Shown in pieces: positions 37,020-46,373 of a stretch of 64,000 nt of DNA. A program made the translations under genes and the position numbers. Location: the IMG/VR virus record IMGVR_UViG_3300013121_000034, positions 32,001-96,000 of that record. One strand, given 5' to 3'. This stretch comes from a virus. Lineage: Duplodnaviria; Caudoviricetes. Under the pieces are notes generated by a model, which was given only the letters and a program-made list of their open reading frames with translations, was not told the origin of the DNA and made no database searches. Position 1 is the first letter of the stretch; the number at the start of each line of letters is the position of its first letter.

Positions 37020-40000
37020 CTACAGCACGCCTTTTATTGGCGTCAACTGAGATAGTCGATCACGCGTGTAGCTTATCATAGCGCGGTAAATGACGCGCCA
37101 CTCTTTCTTATGCAGCTTGCGCTTGAACGTTAAATCTTCCTCGAATCGATCACGCAAATAATCAAGGCACATGGCCTCGCCGCCCTTCGATACGATCATA
37201 TCGATGGCGCGGCTCATATCAGCCTTGGCTAGTGCCTCGCTTTCATAGCGCGACACGATGCTGTTATACCGCTGCGCAATCTTTTGTGCGAAGGCGTTTG
37301 AGAATTTGCGATACATGACCGAGAAATCGCGCGGCGCTATCGCAGCATCGAACGTGGTTATGTTTTTCAACTGGATCGGTGCAGTCGAAATTGGCGTGCC
37401 TTGGATAATACCCCACGACTGGCACTGCTTCTTTGTGAGCGGGAAATTACCTAGCGTGCGCGTGTCATAGAACTTGCGCAAGATAGGCTTGCCTGTGTCC
37501 CAATTCACTGCGCCTGCCGTCACTTTGATCGACGCGCCCATTCCCATGAAGCCGAGAGACGTGCGCTGAATAGCGCGGCGCGCTTTTCGAATATCAACAC
37601 GCGTGCCGTTCTGGCGCGCAATCAACGCCATGACGTTTTGAATTTCAAGGTCGAGTTGGCGAGGCGTGATGACGCCGACGTATTTGTAAATCAGGAAGCG
37701 CCTGAACGCGCCTGATATAAAAGTGCGCTTGTTCCAGCCGATAGGCGTGCGGAACAGCTTGCCACGTGTGCGCACGGTCAACACGACCATATACGGCGAG
37801 CGAATCTTTTCCCCAATCCAAAACGCAGTCGGTGTAGACGCTATGGTCATTCGTGCGCGTTCGCCGGAATGACCCGACTTAGCACGCGCACCGGAAATGC
37901 GATCACCGTAAATGTGTTTCAGTTTCGGGAATTTCTTTTTCACAATTGCTAGAAGCTGACGCACTCCCGTCGCGCCTAGCTTATGTTGTGCCGCTCCGAA
38001 AATGTTGACCTTGGCGTATTCCTTAGACCCATCAACAAATTTGATAGCCAACTCAGCTTCTTTTTGTCCGTCGATCAGAATTGAATACATGTGCAACACG
38101 TAGCGGCCATCTTGCATATTGCGGCCACGTTCAATGCCGTTCGACTCCAGCTTGATATTCAAACCAAGCTTGGCTACTGCCATATTCTTTTTCGTGTTCT
38201 CGCGAACGAGCGCCGCCGCCTTCGAGCCTTCAAACGATTTGAAGAATTTCGATTCCTTGATCGCGTCGCCTCTATCGCCCCATTGTTTTATGTCCAGCAC
38301 GTCGATGTGGTAGCCGTCAGGGAAATCGTCTTTGATGATTTGCAGCAGCACGTTAGCCGCTCGGCGCGCAATACCGTCCTTCTTAAAATCGACGTTGAAG
38401 GAATTGTTGTCCTGATCGAGCGCCGAGCAGCGAACCCATCCCAAAACATTCGTCGCGTAGAAACGAGCAATCAGCTTGCGCTTGGGATCGCTTTCGGAAA
38501 ATTCCTCGCCTGTGAACGTCTTGTAGAAGGGATGAAAGCCGTCATCGTTCTTTAGCGCGGCATACGCAACGCTGGTATGCGTGTTGTCCTCGCCAACCGG
38601 CAATTCACGGCCTTCGTGCGTAATCCACATGTCCATTGACGTGCGCGTTTTGTATGACGCGATGGCCTCTGTTACACGCGGAAACGTTTTCAAATGCTGG
38701 AGTGTTTCGTGCTTGTCCGTAGACGAGAAAAAGTGTTCGTCTGTGCGCCCGCTCAAATCGTCTACGAGATAACGTTCGCGTGTTTTATCTGCGGGGCGGA
38801 AACGCTGCAACACGCGTGCTGCCATCGTTACAGCCGCACGTGTCGGGAAGCTTTTATGCATTGCGAAATCAATTTCGCTTGGCATCATTATGACACGCAC
38901 CCATCCCAAACGACGATAGGCGTAACCCATCGTTGCGTCTTTGACAGTGTTCGGCTGCGCCATTTCCATGTCGCGGTAATGATATTCTTTTTTGAACCAT
39001 GCTTGGAAATCAGCGTCGTCTTTGAAACGCGTGACGCAATAATCCAAGTGCATAGTGTGTCCAAGGTCGATCAGCTTACCGTTTTCGTCGATCCAGTAAC
39101 CGCCGATAGAGCCTGCTGTTTCCTCCAAACCTTTCGATGGCTGTGTGCGCGCTTTTTGAAGCAACTCAACTGCCAAATGGCGCTTGTCGCGCGACAATTT
39201 CGCGGCGCGGATATTCGATATGTCCAGCGGAAGACGCTGCACAACGTCCAAATTCACGAACTCAAGATCGGTGCCAATCTCCGCCATAAGGCGAATGCAT
39301 GCGTTGACCGCGCGGCCAGATAGCGCACCATTTAAGAACATGAAAGACAGCGACGCATCGCCATATTCATCATAACGAGCGCGCACCCATCCGTCCTTGA
39401 TAGCACGCTCCACCGTCAAGCCTACACGGCTGATATATGTGCGGTGTGAGTCTGACGCCTTGAGCGTGTGCTTTTTGCCGTCGGGCGCTATCCAGTATTT
39501 TTCCTCGGCGTAGGACGCAGCTTTCGCTTCGTGCTTGGCGACGTTATTTTGCAGCACCGAAAACAGCCGCGATTTCTCATGCGGTTCAAATTTGCCGCCG
39601 ACGTTACGCAGGATATTCTTTTCGTGGTAGGTAACGTCGAGATAGGTGTCCTCTTGAGTGTCACGCAGTTGGCGAACAAGTGTGCGATACGCTTTGAGGC
39701 TCAAACGATCCTTCGAAATTTCGATTGCGTTGCGATGCGTGTTGCGCACGCGGACCCATCCACGATGCAACAGATAATCGACGGTGCTGGAATATTGCTG
39801 ATCCTCAAATTCTTTTTTGTCCGCAGGGTGCTTGGCAATCCAATCGGCTGCGAAATCCATATGGTCTTCGTCGATCCAATGGATTTTGCCATCGGCGTCG
39901 ATGAAGCAGTTGTTATTCGTATCCCAAATGGATGCGTCCGACGCAAAAAGTTCAAGCTGACCCTTTGGAGTCGCCTTGCGCCCGCGATAGCGCGCCAGAA

Positions 40001-43000
40001 TTTCCTCGAATACGTTGCCTGCCGCTTTCAACGCACCGGGAATTTCGCCCTCGCGATGGCCCAACATGAATGCAAGGCGCACTCTTTTTAGCACCTTGAA
40101 GCGATTAGCCTTGTTCAGCTTGTATTTCTTGGCGAACGGCTCAAGCTTATCGCGGTAGAAACCATCCCACGTATTAAACAACGCCTTGTGCTTTTCGAAA
40201 TACAGCGGACGGACGATCTGCTCATTTTCGAAATCGTGAAAGCCTTCGATGTAACGCAGCGTGATTTCGTCCAGCGACGCATGCACGACTGCACCTTTGA
40301 TATTGTGCGCTATCTGCTGCATGGCTTCGCGACGCGTAAACTTTTTCGTAGGCACCGCCGTATCAGCGCCCCACGGATGATTTTTGTCTACAACGGCCAC
40401 GTAATAGGCGATCGGATTTTCGGGATCGTCGCGGCGTTGCGACAACGCACGAATGAGTTTCATCGCCGCAGGCTTGGCGATTTCTTTTTGCGCTACGTCG
40501 TATGCATTATCTGCGGCCATGCGAATCCAGCCGAGTTCGCGCATAGCGAACGCGGTATATGGATAGTATTCGCGGCCCTTATCGCTTTTGCGCCACGCCG
40601 CAAATTCTTTTTTGTGATCGCGTAGGATCAATTCGCGTGCGCGATGTTCGTGATCGTATTGCGCCGGATGGCCGACCCAAACGACTGCACCACCATGCAG
40701 CAACCAAAACCGCCCGTCATCGTCATCAATCCATGAATGCGAGACGTTGGCCGTGATTTGTTTTTTAGCCACGTTCTTTCTTAGCACAACGTTCAACTCG
40801 TATAGCGAGTTGGCGCGTGCGTAATCATGCTCAAAACCTTTTGCGTCCGGTTGTTCGGATATAATTTCTACGACAGCTTTGTCAAAACCGTTGTCCTTGA
40901 AAATAGAAGCAAGGGCGCTAGCTTGTGTCGACGTTAAGCCGCCTTTGGGAATGGAAATGGACAAAGAGTTACGATCAGTTGCAAAATAACGGTTGATAGT
41001 GCGTGCGTAACCGTAGGCCGTTTGCAAGGCTTCGGTCGGATATTCTTTATAGAGAGAAGGTGCGTTCAAGCGTGAACGAATCACAGCACTGGCGAGATAC
41101 CAATGTTTTTCAAAGTCGACGTTTTCAATTTTTCCGTTCGGACTGATCCAATAGCCGTAAGGCATTTGGCCTTCCGCTTGGGCGGTTTCCTCGTTCTTTT
41201 TGAACTCTGGAATGCCTTTGCGATTATACTGTGCGCGCATCAGCTTTTTGCGCTCGTCGCTATTCCGCCATGTGAACTCAAAATGCTTGTCGTCAATGTT
41301 GATTTCGGTCGTTTTGAAACCGCCGCCGCCTGATCGGAACAAACGCTCCAACGTTTCGAGTGCTTTATGCGACGCGCGATTATTCGCCATGTCGATAGTG
41401 GCGCGCCTGTGGTAGTCGGGCGAATGTGTGTCGACGTCTTCGTTGCCGCTCGCTTCGTCGTGACCGCGCGGCAACGTCAAGCGAATCCAGCCGCGCTTGC
41501 GCATCAGAAATGCAGATAATCCGTCGTGGTCTTTTGCGTCGGCGAACTTTTGGATTTCAGCATCGTTCGGAAATTGCTGGGCGACAGTGTTGACATAGCC
41601 TTTCTTGCTAACGATACCAATGTAATCGCCACTATCAGTAATCCAAGCACCGTAATATCCATCCAAGTCAAATAGCTTCTTTGACGCTTCCCACGACTCG
41701 CGCTCGGCTTTATCTTTTGCATCGAGAATCTTACTCCACTTGACGTTCAAGCCTTGCAGCATTTCCTTAAGCGTCTTGAAACCGTGCTTTTTCATTTCCG
41801 CAACCAACGCGTCGATGGTCTTGCGAATTTGAGAGTTCGGCTCCGAGTTGGCATTATGGATTGCCGCTTCAAGGCTCGCAACGACGTCGGCTGTCAGATG
41901 ACCGTAAGCAGGATCAGCGCGACGCACCCAATCATACCAAACTTTTTTCGCATGCTTATCAAGCTGCGAATATTTATCGACCTTGAACAACTGAATGAGG
42001 CCATGAATACGCACGCCGTCATAACTCTTGCGGCGATCAGAGCCGCGATAGACGTAAGCGTCGCGAATTTCAGGACGTAGCGCCTTATAGGCGTCGAGCA
42101 AATACGACAGCGGCTTGGCGCGCAATTTGTTTTGCACCAAGAAGCTCTTTTTGTCGGCGTATATGAAAACGGGAATACGTTTGGCTTTGCACAGACGCAC
42201 AAGCTTAAGCAGCCTTTCGGTTGCCTTGGGATATGTCTTTTCGTTTATGGATTTTTGCTCAGCTAGGATATGCACGCCATCAATAAGTTCTTTTGCGTTC
42301 GCCGGAATCTTCAAGCCTTCCGGCGTGTTGGACGTAATGCGTTCCTCGGCTTCGTCGTTGAATTGCGTTTTGCCGACGTTGCCACGATCCTGCCAATACG
42401 AAACAGGGTAAATCTTGAACCGCTTCGCGATGGTGCGACGGTTCAAGTTGAACATGACGTAGTAGTGCGCGGAGTTTGCGACGGCAAACGAATTGAGTTT
42501 CGAGCGCGTGAGGCTCAAAAAGTACGAGTTGGGAACGTTTTGATCGGAGCGCGTGCCGACGATAGGGCGAAATTTGAACTCGCCTTGCTCCAAAATCGTG
42601 AGAGCGCGGTCAGGATACGTCGAGTGATAGAGAATGTAATCGTTTACGCTCGCGGTTTCGACGCGCTCTGTTTCATTGAAGGCTCGTACGCTAGGGTTCG
42701 CTACGTTGTTTCGCATCAACGAGGTCACGAAACTTTTTTGTGACGCGTCGTAAATATGACCCGCCGTATCCATCGGAATATCGACGTGTCCTTCGTCTGT
42801 GAAATCTACGATGTACTCGTTGGCCTCTTGCTTAACAAACCAACGCAAAAAAGTGCTGGCCGCGCGCGGTGCGACGCGTTTAGCGGCGGCTTGAACAACG
42901 AGCGACTCACCGTAAGAAATAGCAGCCGTACGAATCCAGCCCAATTGCATTATGACATAGCGAAAAGCTACGAGTTCGGGACGATTGTTCTCTTTCGCGC

Positions 43001-43406
43001 GCGCATCTTTTTCTTCTGTCCTTTGCGCGAGGTAAGCCTCAAACGCCTTGTCGCCATGCAATTCAGTCAAAGCAACATGGGCGTGCGTGTACCAATTGCG
43101 AATTGGAATAACGCGACCGTCATGCGTGAACCACATGTCAGTCAAAATGCGGTTATGGAATTTGAACGCGGCAACCGTAGGCCGCTTGGGACGCTTGCGC
43201 TCGAAAAAGAGCGGTACAGCGGCGCGAATAGCTGCAATAATTTCGTCGGCGGTTTTACCAGCCTTCCACGCAGCAATGGTTGCTTCACGGCATTTTTGCG
43301 TGACCATTTCGCATTCAAAAACCTTATCGCTTTTACGAAAGCGAGGTTCAATTTCGCTCGCGTAAAACTCGCGAAAGACCTTGGCAACTTTGTCTTGTGT
43401 CAGCAT
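37020..43406 (-). CDS. giant multi-module (polyvalent/virion-associated) protein with an ADP-ribosyltransferase-like domain and 8 W-I-x-x-D-G...GWxR modules
   Basis: 2,128 aa from ATG 43406; repeated module motifs; LYHST...SLTRS...EAEER. Confidence 0.75.
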   Translation of the reverse strand: MLTQDKVAKVFREFYASEIEPRFRKSDKVFECEMVTQKCREATIAAWKAGKTADEIIAAIRAAVPLFFERKRPKRPTVAAFKFHNRILTDMWFTHDGRVIPIRNWYTHAHVALTELHGDKAFEAYLAQRTEEKDARAKENNRPELVAFRYVIMQLGWIRTAAISYGESLVVQAAAKRVAPRAASTFLRWFVKQEANEYIVDFTDEGHVDIPMDTAGHIYDASQKSFVTSLMRNNVANPSVRAFNETERVETASVNDYILYHSTYPDRALTILEQGEFKFRPIVGTRSDQNVPNSYFLSLTRSKLNSFAVANSAHYYVMFNLNRRTIAKRFKIYPVSYWQDRGNVGKTQFNDEAEERITSNTPEGLKIPANAKELIDGVHILAEQKSINEKTYPKATERLLKLVRLCKAKRIPVFIYADKKSFLVQNKLRAKPLSYLLDAYKALRPEIRDAYVYRGSDRRKSYDGVRIHGLIQLFKVDKYSQLDKHAKKVWYDWVRRADPAYGHLTADVVASLEAAIHNANSEPNSQIRKTIDALVAEMKKHGFKTLKEMLQGLNVKWSKILDAKDKAERESWEASKKLFDLDGYYGAWITDSGDYIGIVSKKGYVNTVAQQFPNDAEIQKFADAKDHDGLSAFLMRKRGWIRLTLPRGHDEASGNEDVDTHSPDYHRRATIDMANNRASHKALETLERLFRSGGGGFKTTEINIDDKHFEFTWRNSDERKKLMRAQYNRKGIPEFKKNEETAQAEGQMPYGYWISPNGKIENVDFEKHWYLASAVIRSRLNAPSLYKEYPTEALQTAYGYARTINRYFATDRNSLSISIPKGGLTSTQASALASIFKDNGFDKAVVEIISEQPDAKGFEHDYARANSLYELNVVLRKNVAKKQITANVSHSWIDDDDGRFWLLHGGAVVWVGHPAQYDHEHRARELILRDHKKEFAAWRKSDKGREYYPYTAFAMRELGWIRMAADNAYDVAQKEIAKPAAMKLIRALSQRRDDPENPIAYYVAVVDKNHPWGADTAVPTKKFTRREAMQQIAHNIKGAVVHASLDEITLRYIEGFHDFENEQIVRPLYFEKHKALFNTWDGFYRDKLEPFAKKYKLNKANRFKVLKRVRLAFMLGHREGEIPGALKAAGNVFEEILARYRGRKATPKGQLELFASDASIWDTNNNCFIDADGKIHWIDEDHMDFAADWIAKHPADKKEFEDQQYSSTVDYLLHRGWVRVRNTHRNAIEISKDRLSLKAYRTLVRQLRDTQEDTYLDVTYHEKNILRNVGGKFEPHEKSRLFSVLQNNVAKHEAKAASYAEEKYWIAPDGKKHTLKASDSHRTYISRVGLTVERAIKDGWVRARYDEYGDASLSFMFLNGALSGRAVNACIRLMAEIGTDLEFVNLDVVQRLPLDISNIRAAKLSRDKRHLAVELLQKARTQPSKGLEETAGSIGGYWIDENGKLIDLGHTMHLDYCVTRFKDDADFQAWFKKEYHYRDMEMAQPNTVKDATMGYAYRRLGWVRVIMMPSEIDFAMHKSFPTRAAVTMAARVLQRFRPADKTRERYLVDDLSGRTDEHFFSSTDKHETLQHLKTFPRVTEAIASYKTRTSMDMWITHEGRELPVGEDNTHTSVAYAALKNDDGFHPFYKTFTGEEFSESDPKRKLIARFYATNVLGWVRCSALDQDNNSFNVDFKKDGIARRAANVLLQIIKDDFPDGYHIDVLDIKQWGDRGDAIKESKFFKSFEGSKAAALVRENTKKNMAVAKLGLNIKLESNGIERGRNMQDGRYVLHMYSILIDGQKEAELAIKFVDGSKEYAKVNIFGAAQHKLGATGVRQLLAIVKKKFPKLKHIYGDRISGARAKSGHSGERARMTIASTPTAFWIGEKIRSPYMVVLTVRTRGKLFRTPIGWNKRTFISGAFRRFLIYKYVGVITPRQLDLEIQNVMALIARQNGTRVDIRKARRAIQRTSLGFMGMGASIKVTAGAVNWDTGKPILRKFYDTRTLGNFPLTKKQCQSWGIIQGTPISTAPIQLKNITTFDAAIAPRDFSVMYRKFSNAFAQKIAQRYNSIVSRYESEALAKADMSRAIDMIVSKGGEAMCLDYLRDRFEEDLTFKRKLHKKEWRVIYRAMISYTRDRLSQLTPIKGVL

Positions 43407-43410
43407 TGTT

Positions 43411-43731
43411 TCACTTGTATCGCGGATCGTTGACGCAGTGCTCTGCCAGTATTTCAAAGTATGCTTTGGCGTTTTGAATGTTGGTCATATGACCGCGCCA
43501 TTGCGCGGTAGCTTCACGCAATTTACTAGGATCGTGTTGGTAGTCGCGTCCATTGGGCGCGGTCTTTTTAAGCATTTCTAGTGCATCGTCTAATGTTGTC
43601 AACGCGTCCATATAATCTTTGGCTAGAGAACGCGCAGACGATCCGTTTATATGAATTTGCGGTGTAACGACCTTGGATGGGTCGAAATCGTTAGCCGTTA
43701 CTTTTTGAACGTAGGCTTCAATGCGGTTCAT
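43411..43731 (-). CDS. hypothetical phage protein
   Basis: 106 aa; PQIHINGS...APNGRDY. Confidence 0.65.
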   Translation of the reverse strand: MNRIEAYVQKVTANDFDPSKVVTPQIHINGSSARSLAKDYMDALTTLDDALEMLKKTAPNGRDYQHDPSKLREATAQWRGHMTNIQNAKAYFEILAEHCVNDPRYK

Positions 43732-43737
43732 TTTTGA

Positions 43738-43989
43738 TTACCCGATATTCACGTTGCCGGAACCAGTTGCGATAACGCTACCGCAATTGCCGATAATGCT
43801 ATCGCCTTGGCGGGCAGCAGCGTTGCCGTTGATAAAGACCGTGGTGGAGCCGCCGAAAACAGTGCCGTGACCGCCGTACAAATCAGTTTTACGCAGAGCA
43901 CCGTTTCCGTTGATGCTTACGTTCGAAGACGACGTTGTCGGCAAATTGCCGTGCGTACATGGCGAGTTACTTTTTGCAGCGGCTCCCAT
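43738..43989 (-). CDS. PAAR-repeat tail spike tip protein
   Basis: SSNVSINGNGALR.TD..H...GSTTVFINGNAAARQGD...CGS.IATGS.NV.IG. Confidence 0.9.
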   Translation of the reverse strand: MGAAAKSNSPCTHGNLPTTSSSNVSINGNGALRKTDLYGGHGTVFGGSTTVFINGNAAARQGDSIIGNCGSVIATGSGNVNIG

Positions 43990-43995
43990 AAACCT

Positions 43996-44328
43996 TTACC
44001 TCAGTTGCGCAGCGTTATGGTTGACAACCCACAACATCAAACCAAAAAGAATCACGAGAGAAATAGTGAGTTGTAGCGGCGATGCAAATGTCCACAACGC
44101 CCATAGAGCGACGACTGTAATCGCTAGCTTAATAGCCCAACGCACAGGCCCGACAAGTGGGACAGACCATCCGTACCACCAACGCACAAACGGATTTCGT
44201 TCGCGACCGCCTCTTTTTATGACTTGGTCTGTCAACATACAATCACGAATCGCCAAAAGAAAAATGCACGCGCTAATCAGCGCGAGCAGCGTACCGATGT
44301 TTGCACCGTACAAAACGACGTCAGGCAT
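43996..44328 (-). CDS. small multi-pass membrane protein (DUF5658-like)
   Basis: D..LT.....GG.E.NP motif plus TM helices. Confidence 0.6.
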   Translation of the reverse strand: MPDVVLYGANIGTLLALISACIFLLAIRDCMLTDQVIKRGGRERNPFVRWWYGWSVPLVGPVRWAIKLAITVVALWALWTFASPLQLTISLVILFGLMLWVVNHNAAQLR

Positions 44329-44340
44329 TTTTCCCTCCGT

Positions 44341-44628
44341 TTAGTACCAGCGGATTACACCGCCCGGCTCGATTTGATAATGCGAACGGCATGCCAACTG
44401 CATATTGCCAATCGACGGCGTCAAAGAAAAGTTTGGACCCGGATTATGCAACGTCCAGCCATCGCGCCAATGCGGTTCGAGCGCCGTCACTGTTTCGGTG
44501 CCGCAGCCGCACGCACACAGATGTATGCACTGCGCATGTTGAATTGAGTGATAAAAGATGCCCTCTTGAAGCGGACGTGGAATTTCCGATTCCACTGCGC
44601 GATATTCGAGTTTGTCGATCCTGCTCAT
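44341..44628 (-). CDS. DUF6527-like Cys/His protein
   Basis: HLCACGCG...W.L......SLTPSIGN...CRSHY.I..G.I.W. Confidence 0.65.
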   Translation of the reverse strand: MSRIDKLEYRAVESEIPRPLQEGIFYHSIQHAQCIHLCACGCGTETVTALEPHWRDGWTLHNPGPNFSLTPSIGNMQLACRSHYQIEPGGVIRWY

Positions 44629-44644
44629 TTCACACCTACCGATT

Positions 44645-45037
44645 TCACAGTTTCGGGTCCAATATCACGACTTTAGGCGTAAGGCTTAACAGCCTGCATC
44701 CCATCAATCGCGTGTTACCCGCAACTAGAGTATACGACAGTTTGTTTTTCAAAATGATAGGGCATCGAATGCGGTCCGACCGCAGTTCTTTTAGGATGGA
44801 ATCCAAATCTCTGGAGTAAGCCTTGAGAATTTTGCGAGCATTCGCCTCGCTTTTCACGAAAAAGGAATCAGTGTTTTCCAACCGCTGCCACACGGTTTCC
44901 TGCAATGCGAGCACGGGGGCCTTTTTGTAGAGGTTCTCCAGCATGGAAAAGATGGCCTGTTTTTCGGAAGGCCCAATATCCATCGCCACGCGCATGAATT
45001 CATCGGCTTCGCTTTTGAACGGCGCTTTGAACCACAT
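44645..45037 (-). CDS. ParB/sulfiredoxin-like nuclease domain protein
   Basis: CPIIL.....TLVAGNTRL. Confidence 0.55.
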   Translation of the reverse strand: MWFKAPFKSEADEFMRVAMDIGPSEKQAIFSMLENLYKKAPVLALQETVWQRLENTDSFFVKSEANARKILKAYSRDLDSILKELRSDRIRCPIILKNKLSYTLVAGNTRLMGCRLLSLTPKVVILDPKL

Positions 45038-45040
45038 AGC

Positions 45041-45409
45041 TTAAGCCGACCTCGCAATTCCGTTTTCTATGAAACCATGCCAACAACACCCGCCTTTAAC
45101 GTCGACAGAATCAGACTTGCTGGCATCGCCTTTCAGCGTCAAGTTATTTGCTCCTGTACCCAAAATGGCCCAACGTCCCGGTCCCGGCGTTGCTTCCGGC
45201 GGTGTGCCTAGCGTTTCACTCCAACAAACGACGCTATGCGTGCCGATAAGGCTCATGCCATTATTGGCATAACAGAGCGGGCATGAAAAACGCACGCCCA
45301 TGCATTCAAACATTTCACAAGGGATTTGAAACGTCCCTTTCTCATTCTTTTCGTATCGGACAAACAGCGGTTCGAGTGCAGCGAAAGAAATATTGGGGTG
45401 TTGCGACAC
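45041..45409 (-). CDS. second DUF6527-like Cys/His protein
   Basis: F.CPLC...W...G....LTL.....SV....C.WHGFIENG. Confidence 0.5.
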   Translation of the reverse strand: MSQHPNISFAALEPLFVRYEKNEKGTFQIPCEMFECMGVRFSCPLCYANNGMSLIGTHSVVCWSETLGTPPEATPGPGRWAILGTGANNLTLKGDASKSDSVDVKGGCCWHGFIENGIARSA

Positions 45410-45525
45410 GTGTTATCCCTCAATTCAGATAAACGAACGGGGCGGGCAAACTTTTGTGCGCTCTCCTGCCGAAAACGCACATACGCTCACCCGCCCGCGT
45501 CCTTCTGGCCCCTCCGCCAGCCGAC

Positions 45526-45903
45526 CTAGGGATTAGCGTTGTCCCCAATTTCTTTAAGTTTCGCTTTTGCGTCCTCGTTGTGTTTCCGTGTCAGCGCGTT
45601 GCGCTGATCGATCAGCGTCAAGAGCGTTCTGATGTATTGGTCGATGCGCGCTGCATTGACACGGAAATTGTCGAAGGATGCGCGATCAAATCCGCGATAA
45701 AGATTGGAATCGAGAGTGACGTTTCCATTCGCGTCGCGAGGCGCATCCAAATTGACAGGCAACAGCACCAATTTCGGCACTGTAATTTCAGCGTCCTGCA
45801 CTGGCACGATATACGTGACAGGCTGGACCTTGGTTGATGTGCAGCCTGCAAAAAGAAGCGAGGCTAGAAGCACGACACCGATTGCGTAGAGGGTCGTTTT
45901 CAT
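45526..45903 (-). CDS. o-spanin (Rz1-like lipoprotein)
   Basis: MKTT + hydrophobic core + lipobox FAG|C; ATGA overlap with the i-spanin stop. Confidence 0.75.
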   Translation of the reverse strand: MKTTLYAIGVVLLASLLFAGCTSTKVQPVTYIVPVQDAEITVPKLVLLPVNLDAPRDANGNVTLDSNLYRGFDRASFDNFRVNAARIDQYIRTLLTLIDQRNALTRKHNEDAKAKLKEIGDNANP

Positions 45904-46373
45904 TGCGTCACCCACACGCCGTTTTTGCATGAGCCGCTGCGATCACCTAGATGTGACCACAAACAATTCCACTGCGATTGATCGTCATAAAGAACGCCTT
46001 TCGCGTCGCCGTTGGCTTCGCGCATGCGGCGTCGTTGCTGATCTGCTTCGTCGCGGATTTCATTTTCGGCGTTCGCGATAGCCTGCGAAAACGCATTGAG
46101 TGTTTCAGCGTTCACGCGCGCATATTCGAGCGCGTCTTGCAACTGCGCGCCTAGTGTCGCCATCGTAGTTTGCAGCGTCTTGTTCGCCGTTTCCAGATTG
46201 GCGTTGTCTTTGGTTAGCTGCGTTATTGCAGCTTCCTGCTTAGCGATTTCAGCGTTCTTTGCAGGGAGCGTAACGAATTGATACCAAGCGATAATACCGC
46301 CAGCCGCAATGGCGACGGCACCGCCTGCAATCAACCACGTTTTGAGGGATGAAAAAGAAGGGAGGAAGCCCAT
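45900..46373 (-). CDS. i-spanin (Rz-like)
   Basis: N-terminal TM, long coiled coil, C-terminal Cys; directly after the endolysin. Confidence 0.75.
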   Translation of the reverse strand: MGFLPSFSSLKTWLIAGGAVAIAAGGIIAWYQFVTLPAKNAEIAKQEAAITQLTKDNANLETANKTLQTTMATLGAQLQDALEYARVNAETLNAFSQAIANAENEIRDEADQQRRRMREANGDAKGVLYDDQSQWNCLWSHLGDRSGSCKNGVWVTQ

